Shown here: piece after piece, positions 53,271-64,000 of the stretch
Layout: every line of letters starts with the position of its first letter
Numbering within the stretch: position 1 is the stretch's first letter
Origin: Octopus vulgaris
Lineage: Eukaryota
Assembly (NCBI GenBank): GCA_951406725.2
Contig: OX597815.1
Coordinates: 44,950,001-45,014,000 of the forward strand
Length of the DNA stretch: 64,000 nt
Direction of reading: 5' to 3'
Program-made: the position numbers and the translations under genes
The notes under the pieces: generated by a model
Database searches by the model: none
What the model was told of the DNA's origin: nothing
What the model saw: only the letters and a program-made list of their open reading frames with translations

Positions 53271-56200
53271 GAAATTACTTTCCTGTTTTAGTTTCTTTGT
53301 ACATATGTAGATTCACACATGTTGAAGCATCAAGCTTACTAATGTTGTAGGGTATAAAGTCTCTTCCTATGACTAAACCATAATGAAAACATTTCAATAT
53401 TATCACATCAATGTCTTACTATCAGTGATGGAATGCAACGTGTAATTATCACCTAATTTCATTTTTCCTTTATAATTTTATGTAAGTGTAAAAACAGCAT
53501 CTTGTTTTATTGCTTTGTTATCTATGCTCATCTGCTAATGAGATAACAAAAATATACCCGTTGCCGATTTAATTATATGAAGTCATATAATGGTACATCA
53601 TGTTATTTTATCCATATTATGGTACCACACAATGTGTTCCTGTATCAACAACTACTATCTTTATTAGTGGCTCTACTATATCGTATTATATTAGTAGCTG
53701 TACTATCATTACTTGTATTGTCTACAAACATATTTGTTGTTGAAAGTTTTTCTAGATCCGTTGATATATTGGTTTCAAATTTTGGCACAAGGCCAACAGT
53801 TTCAGAGGAGAGTCTAAGTCGATTAGATTGACACCATTGTTTGACTGGTAATTATTTTATCAACCCTGAAACGATGAAAGCAAAGTCGACCGCGGCGGAA
53901 TTTCAAACCAGAACATAAACACGGACGAAAGAAATACTGCTAAGCATTTTGCATTGGGTGCTAACGATTCTGCCAGTCTGCTGCCTTATCTTTTGATATA
54001 TTACTACTTTCCTCACTAAAGGGTGGTACCTTATATATTACAAAACCTCCTGATATTATTTTCTTCTAAATACTGCCTCATATTTACCTCATTAATCATA
54101 ATTGTTGATATGGAATTTATCTAACTATTACAATACAACACGTTACACTATTGCTATTTAATACCTCATCTAATGTTATATAATCTGGGTTTTCTTTTAT
54201 ATGCACTGAAATCTAGCCATATTTCTTTTACATTTGACATGTAAGTCTGTGTTAAATATATTTTAATATCACTTTCTTTTCTATTATTTGTTGCTCTATC
54301 ACTTACGTGAGAAATATATATTTCAGATTGTAATATCATTTGTTACCTAGTTTGGTCTTAGTTTTTATAGTTGACAACGGTATAGCAGAATAGTGAAGTG
54401 CATACCAGAAAGGGGCCTAGAATGTGTTTCAGTATTTAGTTTAAGTTAAAATCTACAAGATGTTGACTGAGATACAATAAACTGAGATATATATATCTCA
54501 GTTCATTATGGAGACGGATAGTATGCAACACTAAAACTAAAATGTATTATTATAGAGATAAGCGAAACGATGTTTAAAAGACGAGGTATTTTTTGTAAAA
54601 TCACCTGAAGAAACGCCTCTGCACATTTAATGCAAGTACCAGTGCATGATAAGTTGAAACGATCGTAGTAGTTCTGAATAAAGAGTCTCGTCAATTTTCT
54701 ATTTCTCATATTTCCTGAAGTAAATCAAGTGACATATCCTTCGATACTGCGATGCACTCCACTGCGATGCAAAGAGCAACCGAACTTCCAGAATATATAG
54801 AAAACTAATGGCTGTGCCCCAAGAAACTCGCCGAGATCATGGAAGCCTACAAACGCAACATTTCGACAGTCACCCACCCAAAGACTACAGAGATGAAAAT
54901 ATGGAAGCCCGCACGCGTAACTTTCTCAGCAGCCACAAACTTTTCGCTCGAGTCACGAACTTTTGTATACATAGACTATTTGAAACTATCAACTACTTCC
55001 TTGCATGTACCTATTCTTTCTTGCATGTACCTATTCTTTCTTGCATTTCAGTTCCAACGTTGTTTTCACTTTTTTGCACACTCCTTCCAACCAGTTTTTT
55101 TTTTTTCATTTTTGTTACACATTTCGTACTGTTTCTGCTCTGCAAACTTTTTATTTGTATACATGTAACACACTCATAAACCGCAACGTGAAGACTAATT
55201 CTGCAACTACTCATTCCGGGAGGACTCATTTCCGCCACGACTCATTTCCGCCACGACTAATTCCGTGAAGACAATTAATCCATGTGCTTGTGTTTTTATA
55301 ATGTTCCGTATTTTTAATAATGTATGTGTCTTTTTGGTCACTTGCACATTTTTCATGCACAAACGTTTGTACACTTCTCCCGGTTGCATGTTTTTTCGCT
55401 ACATATTTGCCTTTAAATATTTGCAATATTTCACAGCTCAATTAAATTTTTGCTGCTCTATTCAACGTTTATATACACATGCCTGCATGCTTGCACTTAG
55501 TCACATACACGCACTTTAATATTGTGCTTTTACTAACTTGTTTCAGCATGTCTGTGCCTGCTCAGCTTCTTTGCCCGACTCAACGCACGTCGGATGTCTC
55601 TGCGCCCTTGTTTCAAGATACAGCTTGCTTCAGTAAGACAAGTTGCTCACGGTATACACAGAGAAAGTTTGCCAGTCTCTCTCAATGCGCCAGCATACCA
55701 CGCTTTGTTGTTCTTGCTTAACCACAGCAAATGCCCTCGACCACAGCGCCAGACTAATTTCGCCTCTGCACTTCTTTCAAGGCATTTCACACTGCATGCA
55801 AACCTGCCTGAAAAATTTCACTTTATATCACTCACTCACTCATCTGAGCTCCTTTCGCTGCTGCACAGTTCTATTGCTCACGTACACGCAACTCACACGC
55901 ATACTCACTCAACGCTGCTCCAGTCATGCACAAACTGCACAATTCGAACGCACAGCAACACTGAACTATTCGGATTCACTCGAATAGATATCTGTCCCGT
56001 ATACACCTGAATGATTCTCTCTCCTGATATACACGATATATATCGGCTTTGCATCATATTCATCTGCATATTTTTCACATTTGAACGTTGTTTTCACTTT
56101 TTGCATAATGCACATTCCTGCAATTTGTTTTCGTTACTGGCCGTTCCGAAGTGCATATTTTGTACCATTTCACATGCACTCCAAGCTCGCGCGTTTACTG

Positions 56201-56546
56201 TATATTTCATAACATGCACTCACTTACTTTACTCTACACACATTTTTCTTTTACACCCTTTCCTTAATCGTTCGTTCTTTAGAAACTCTTTACAGGAAGG
56301 GAGGTAGTGCAGGTGGAAGTTTCCTCTGCTTCGCTGAGATTCGAAACCGAATCCACACACCTGTTGCTTGTTAGACGAATGTCTGATCCTTTGTGTTTTA
56401 TCTCTATGCAAGGAGATTAATGAGAAACACCTGACCTTCGGTAACTGTGGAAAGATCAATCTATTATTTTACGTTTGACCTACTTCCTGGCCAAACCGTG
56501 AAGGATTCGCTTCCCTTTTTGGTTTTCGGCTGGCTAACCGAGAACA

Positions 56547-56704
<158 letters not shown>

Positions 56705-57210
56705 GTTTTTAACCTGCTAACCGAGGGCATCTTTCGACCAAATGGAAAGAGACAACGCAGTTCTTACTCTTTCTTCCTTTCTGTCAACAGACCATTAACT
56801 TGGCTTACACACAGTTTCCAACACACGCTAAGAACGTGCGATTGCGTTTACAGCCACGTTTGTGTTACTAACACAGTCGGCAAAATAAACTCTGTGAATA
56901 TTATTCTCTTCTCTTCGATGTTGTTATTACTGTCTCATCCTGCTTTCGACCATCTTACATATAGCGACCCCCAACGCGAAACAAGAACTGCTATCTCTAC
57001 GTCAAATAACTCCTCATTTGTACGCTACAATTGGTAACTCCGAAGTAAGAACCACATCCGTCCATTTTATATTTATGTATAAATATGTGTGTGTGTGTGT
57101 GTGTGTGTTATAGATTGTCTTCGTTTATGTGAATCATATGCTTCTCAACCACGCTGAGCATGTCGTTTCCGTTTTCCACACGTTCAAACATATGTATTTA
57201 TATATGTATA

Positions 57211-57287
<77 letters not shown>

Positions 57288-58194
57288 TGTGTACGTACGT
57301 ACGTGAGTGCGTGCGTGCGCGTGCGTGTGTTCTCGGGGTTGTAGATTTGCACTCATGCAGATTGATGTATAGATATTTAAATGCTAAACCGATAAACCGT
57401 AAGCATTCCAGCGACGAAATACAATTTACATTTCTGCTCACAGAGAACAATGCCATAAATAGAACTCATGTTCATATATTGTTACACATGTATTTATACA
57501 AGTGTTGCATATGGTGACTAGGTATTCACTTAAAAGTAATAAAACAACAGTTGAAAAGAATGCAAGTTAGGAAACATTAAACCATTGAAAAGAATATAAG
57601 TAAAGCAAATATGGGTCCGTTATTGAGAAGAAAATGAAAATGAGTGATGGTATGATGACAGTTGATGGCGAACTATATTTGGTATCAGGCATATGATGAC
57701 AAGTTCACTGTAGATTTAGATGTTCGACCACATTTTATGCAGATGTGCTTTAGGGTGTTTGGTGCAACTTTTGATTTCCCCACAAGTTTGTACACATGGT
57801 AGAGAGATACGATCAGTACAGCTGGTTTGTTGAGTTACTGGCATTAGCTTATGGAGCACTGTATTTCATGACTTCAAAGAGATGCTTCTTCTCTTTGACA
57901 TATGTATATGTGCGTATGTATGTATATATTTTTGGGAGGGGTTGCAAATTTTGCGCATCTGTTTTACTCGTATTGATTTAAAAATTTAGCACAAGGCCAG
58001 CATTTTCGGAGTAGAGGGTGAACGGATTACATCGACCCCAGTGCTCGGCTGATACTTATATTAACGACCCCCGAAAGGAGGAAAGGCAAGTTGACCTCGG
58101 CAGAATTTGAACTCAGAACGTAAAGACGGATGAAATGTTGCTAAGCATATTGCCTGGCATCTTAATGATTTTCTTACATAATACATGAGTAACA

Positions 58195-58480
58195 GGAAGA
58201 AGAATCTGGAGCATGCGAACAGTAAAGGTTTAATCCTATAATAATTGGTGCATTGGGAACAGTAAGCCAAGATGTAGACAAATGGCTGAAGGAGATTGAA
58301 ATAGAATGCCCTGTAGAGCTCCTACAGAAAGTTTGTCTCCTAAGGACAGCAAGGATTATCAGGAGGGTTCTAAGCACTTGAAAGACTGTTGAAAACTTGT
58401 GGATACTTAAGGTTACAGGCAGTAACCCGCTACCCACGTAAATCTTACCAGGAATAAGACCGAATCTGAGTCAAACCAAA
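58195..58480 (+). mobile_element. R4/Dong-type LINE 3' end (different subfamily)
   Basis: RRIWSMRTVKV/PIIIGALGTVSQDVDKWLKEIEIECPVELLQKVCLLRTARIIRRVLST*. Confidence 0.85.
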
Positions 58481-58804
58481 ATATTTTTGACACAAGGTAA
58501 GCAATTTCGGGAAGAGGATAAGGCGATTACACTGATCCCCAGTGTTCAACTAATACATATTTTATCGACCCCGAAAAGATGAAAGGCAAAGTCGACCTTG
58601 CCGGAATTTCAACTCAGACCGTATAGACAGACGAAATGCCGCTAAGCATTTTGCTCGGCGTACTAACGATTCTGCTAGCTTGCCGCTTTCCCTTTTTACT
58701 CATATTCACACCAATTATACACCAATTCAATCAGCAAGAAATTCACTTGTTTGAACTGTTGAATAATTATCTTCGAAATTGACGGAGAGCCATTTGCTTA
58801 AAAC

Positions 58805-59358
58805 TATATCTATAAAAGGCAGGATGTGTGTGTGTGTGTGTGTGCGTGCGTGTGTGTGTTTGTGTGTGTACGTGAATGTACTTTATGCACGTCCACAAAT
58901 TAGCACGCATGTCGCTCCAATTTTAGGAGGACATTGGTTACGATCATGGCTGTGCTTTTGCCAACTTATTTTTCCCGAGGCACCGCCGGATACCGGTAAA
59001 AATAGCTTTTTAACTATAACTTTTACCAATTTTCACGTTGGTGAAATCCGTAAGTTTGCTAACACGAGTTAACTCCCCTGTCATAAATTAATTCACCTTA
59101 CTACAATGCCTCCGAAAGAAATTAGATTTAGACTACCTAAGCAATCTCAGCGTAGGAAAAGAGAAAGAGCTGAAGAGACTAACTATCAACAGACCATTTG
59201 TAAAATATTATAACTTTTTGGCCCGAAACCTGGCAATAACCTTGCAGATATTCCGCTACAAAACATTCAACAATATTGAAGCAGTAACTTTCATAAATCA
59301 GGGTAATAATTTTTGAAAACTCTTTCTGAACCCAGTCAACGACGGGTATTTCTGCTAG
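58805..59358 (+). mobile_element. Non-autonomous Helitron
   Basis: 5' CTATATCTATAAAAGGCAG; 3' CCCAGTCAACGACGGG-TATTTCTG-CTAG|T. Confidence 0.75.
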
Positions 59359-60396
59359 TATTTGATATTTGTTAGCGATAAGATGTGTGTTGTTGCTCTT
59401 TATTTAAACTTAATCATTTTGTAGTCTATTATTAGTACTAATTTATAGTATTGTCGCATGTTTTTCTGGTTTGCTTTACGAGATTTTTAATTGTGTTCAT
59501 TTGTTCTATAGTTAATATGCATTTGGTTCATCAAATACATTTTATATGTGGTTTGCGTATTTTTAATAAGATTGCTGTATGATGTAGTTGTTGTACGTAT
59601 GTTTGTATTGTTCTATGCCTCAGTAACTTAATTTGTCAGAATACTCTGTATTCGTTTGTGTGAACTTTCTTTATTTACTTTGCTTGTGGAGAGAATTTAA
59701 GTGCGTTTCTAAGTTTACAGCTTTCATCTTCATGCATATTCACAGTTCTTTGTATAAACATATACATTTACTTGTCTTTGGTGTAAACGGACTGATCTTT
59801 TGTCTTTCACTTGTTTCAGTCATTAGACTGCGCCCATGCTGGGGTTACGCCTTGAAGAATTTTTAGTCGAATGAATTGACCACAGTACCTATTCAAAGTT
59901 CAGATCAATAATCTTGCAAATTAAATAGAAAAAAAATAGTTTATATAATTTGATTTTTAATTAGGTGGTATTATTATTGTTCAGAATCTTCATAAATTTC
60001 TTACATTTTTTCATTGCGTAAATCCTTAATTTTTACAGTATATTAGGAATATATCGAAAACATTCATGCAGGTGATAATAAAATGCAACACTTAAATAAG
60101 ATAATAACCACACCTATTGAAGATACATAAAGTGTATTATATGAATGAAATGCATAATATTTATACAAAAGATAAACAATCTTAGAAACATCGCTAGACA
60201 AAGCACAATATGCATTATTCCGAAGCATGAACTGACAGTATATATACATATATACATGTGTGTGTGCGTGTGTGTGTGTGGGGGGGGGTGTAACAGAAGG
60301 ATAAAATAACGTTAACGATTTTTATCAGGTCGTCAGAAGGAAATAAAAATTTATGGATATTTTATATATTAAATTAATAATTATTTATATAATCAA

Positions 60397-60733
60397 AATA
60401 AGTAACAGGATATCAAGTAGTAATGTAGTACGACCGCTTCAAACGGCTCCATTTAATTGAACAATGCAATCATTACATTAATTTAAATGCAGTGCTATCT
60501 TCAACCACTTTGCTACAATAGCAACAACATGAATTTCTTCCATCTTCTAACTCTGTTAAAATAGTTAAGAAAAATTATATTAATGTGTCCTATTTGTTAA
60601 AAAAAAAACTCTATAGTATGTGCAGCTGAAGATATCACTGCATTTAAATTGATATAACGATTTCATTGTTCAATTAAATAGAGCCGCTTGAAACGGTCGT
60701 ACTGCATTACTACTTGATATCCTGTTATTTATT
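60397..60733. mobile_element. Penelope-type palindromic element
   Basis: Inverted arms of ~105 bp. The right arm contains CTGAAGA...GAAACGGTCGTA. The element is flanked by microsatellites. Confidence 0.6.
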
Positions 60734-60814
60734 TCAATTCGAGCAGTGCGAATAATACCGGACTGAATTAGGGCTTCAACCTAAGTACCTAATTCAAATT
60801 AATCTTAATTATTT

Positions 60815-60886
<72 letters not shown>

Positions 60887-60966
60887 GTATTATGTATGTA
60901 TGTATGTATAGTAACAGAAAGGAAGGAATTTTGATTATCCTCACGTGGTGAGTTATAATATATTTA

Positions 60967-61430
60967 AGAAATTAAAGAAGGAAAATGCATACACTTTACA
61001 TTTTTTAATATATTTTTAATGTATCTTATATTGTGTTTGTCGACCGGTTTCGCTTTCGCTAATCATGACATTAAAATGATTTTAATTACGTATTTTCTTA
61101 AGAAAAATTCTTTTGTCCATGTTGTGTGGGGAAGAGATTATAAGTGAGTGATTCAACACTAGAAACATTTAAGGGGAGGTAATTGGTGATCGTTATTATT
61201 GTAGAGAGGAAATAACGACCAGCAATTACCTCCCCTTAGATTTTTCTACTTGTTGAATCATTCACTTATAAACTCTTCCATACGTAATTAAAATAATTAA
61301 AAATAAGTAATTAAAATAATTTTAATGTCATTATTAGCAAAAGCGAAACTGGTCGACAAACACAATGTAAAATATATTATAAAATATATTAAACTATATA
61401 AAGTGTATGCCTTTTCCTTCTTTAATTTCT
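60967..61430. mobile_element. Penelope-type palindromic element with decayed minimal hammerheads
   Basis: Inverted arms of ~200 bp. The left arm (minus) reads TGTC-ATGATTA-GC(GAAA)GC-GAAA-CCGG-TC-GACA. Confidence 0.7.
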
Positions 61431-61759
61431 GAGATATATATTTATATATATAATTATATTAAGGGAGCAGGGCTTCAAATAAGTCCCGCGGCATTCTTAG
61501 TGCCTCGGAATTTATTTGAAGCATGTAGGAGATAGGCTTGCTGCCTTAATATGATTATATATACATATATGATTATTAATTTTATATATGTATATGTATG
61601 TATGATTGTATATGTGTGTTTTTTAAATTTGTTTATGGGAAATGTTTTGAATAAGCAAATAAAGCTCCTATTCTATTATACCCGCAAAAGGCTAATAAAG
61701 AACCAGTAATCATCCAAGGAATGCGGAGTGTTCTTTTAAAAGACAAGTTATTATTATTA

Positions 61760-61826
<67 letters not shown>

Positions 61827-61862
61827 CATCATCATCATCATCATTATTATTATTATTAATAT

Positions 61863-61956
<94 letters not shown>

Positions 61957-63080
61957 CATACATATATATACATATATATATATATACTACAAAAACATTA
62001 AAAACATTAAAAGTAAAACCGTCTTAGCTTTAAGAAATGTAAAGCATGTAAACCCACAAACTACCAATGACCATTGTAGTTTATAAACCTTTCTGACTTG
62101 CAAAATTCTGAGCTTCACGATTTGCTCATGTATTGGCCTCAGTCATGAGGCTTAGGCACTCAGAGCAAGTACTCAAGGGCTCCTCGGATCAAGAGACTCA
62201 ATTCCGATATATATGTGTTGTGGCTTGCTGTCGATAAGTACTATACGGCCCAATGCATTTATTTGCCCGGAGGCTTACAATGCTACTAAGATAGCTCTGT
62301 TAGCTATATACATATGGCACTCATCTGCCGGTTCGCCCTTACAATGCACTTACGACTATATAACGCACGTTAAATTTAGATAGGAAAACAATGAACAAAT
62401 ACTCTAGATTTCACCACGGAAAGAGGGGAGTAATGACGGAAAATGTATTCATATGTAACACAGTCAGAGACAAAATATTAACTGACGAAGTGTATTTCTA
62501 ACTGTGCTGATATCTACACCGTTTACTTGGATGAGCCCTATCTGTTGTAAAAAGGTAAGCTTGATGATGGTTTAGAGAACTTTACTGTTCTAAATATATT
62601 GCAAAGAACTCAAACAAAATTAGGAAAAACCACCATAAAAAGTTGTATTTCAATAGATGGAAAAAAAGTCAACGTAGAAAATGCTAAAATAATTTTATAA
62701 AAGACACTTCAGTACCGGTTTCAGTCATTGAGACTTTTACAACTGTAAGTATGGAAAACAATTAAATTTTGGAAAAATTAAATGTAAAGTTTTTTAAAAG
62801 AATATTTGCACAGTATTCAAATACAAGGGGCATTTTCCTTGTTCCTGCCTATCTCTGTCTCTCATGTTTACTCTTGTGGGTTCGAGGTCGTTGTGAATTC
62901 TTGGCGGAGAAGATATGTGTGTGTGTGTGTGTATGTTGTATGTATGTATGTATGTATGCATGTATGTATGTATGCATGTATGTGCGTGAGTATGTGCATG
63001 TATATATTCTTTTATTCTTTTGCACTTTTCAGTCATTTCACTGTGGCCATGCTGAAGCACCCCCTTAGTCGAAATTGACC

Positions 63081-63146
<66 letters not shown>

Positions 63147-63889
63147 ACGGGCTTCTTTCAGTTTCCGTCTACCAAATCCACTCACAAGGCTTTCGTCGGC
63201 CCGAGGATACAGTGGAAGATATCCCCCAAGGTGCCACGCTGTAGAACAGAGCCCGGAACTATGTGGTTGGGAAGCAAGCTTCTTACCACACAGTCGCGTA
63301 TGTATTATTTTTTAAAATTCCCACTTGTAATTCTAAAAGAACAATTTTACATTAATCTGAAGGATGACGCCATACTTTTGCAGAATACAAATTTATTACT
63401 CTTTAACAAGAATATTGACTGCGACTTCACACACACACACACACACACACACAAATAAATGAAAGAGGGGTGTTATTGGAACAAGTGGAGTCGATATAGA
63501 AAGAGTCATATTAGTTGTAGAGATTATAAATGATAACAACCCGTCTACAAAAAACAAAATACTATGCGAAAGATAGAGGAGATAGTGGAAAGAAGATATG
63601 GAGATAAAATATAGTCGAAAGGAAAGAGAGAAAGTGTATAGAAGAGGGAGACAGTGGGAGGAAAAGAGAAAAGGAGGGAGAAGAAATATATGCTGTTTTG
63701 TTTTTCTTTATTATCAGTGACAGTGTAAATATGTATATGAAAGAGAATGAGAGAGAGAGAGAGAGACTAAGAGAGAAGGGAAGAAGGATAAAAAGAATAA
63801 AAGCGGTGAATGTTTTTGTCAGCGATAGAGTAGGAGAGAATGAGAAAGGGTTAAAGAGAATTATTTATATAGTGTGAGTGTGATGTCTA

Positions 63890-63944
<55 letters not shown>

Positions 63945-64000
63945 ATATACACACACATATATATATATATACACATATATATTAAATATATATATATATA

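Noticed and set aside
56310-56410. tRNA-Val-like sequence on the minus strand
   Set aside because: The anticodon-arm and B-box resemblance is partial, and no cloverleaf or A box is recoverable. At most a decayed SINE head.

Overview
Repeat-rich eukaryotic genomic DNA, very likely octopus (coleoid cephalopod), judged from the SINE families, abundant (AT)n/(CA)n/(TACA)n tracts and Penelope-type palindromes. No intact protein-coding gene is supported; almost all listed ORFs are microsatellite artefacts or decayed TE fragments. Bases ~341-41955 are a tandem segmental array of six related units (3.4-9.7 kb) ending at a 100-N gap. Each full unit contains: a minus-strand hammerhead-ribozyme motif; a 5'-truncated R4/Dong-type LINE end; a complete-looking two-exon non-coding Pol II gene (CRE/GC/TATA promoter, hairpin exon 1, GT-AG intron, AATAAA) whose intron holds a 66-68 bp foldback built from Tx1/L1-like LINE sequence, an antisense LINE fragment and a SINE-derived minisatellite; a second foldback; a (GGAT)n satellite; and a 5S rRNA pseudogene abutting a tRNA-derived SINE. 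Two units carry compound Helitrons, one with a mariner fragment. After the gap the DNA is TE-rich: R4/Dong LINE relics, SINEs, MITEs, a Helitron, Penelope-type palindromes and two homologous ~250-300 bp elements that each contain a type I hammerhead ribozyme. The best candidate for a novel system is the amplified, possibly inducible, TE-hairpin-producing ncRNA gene array. That function is inferred, not demonstrated.
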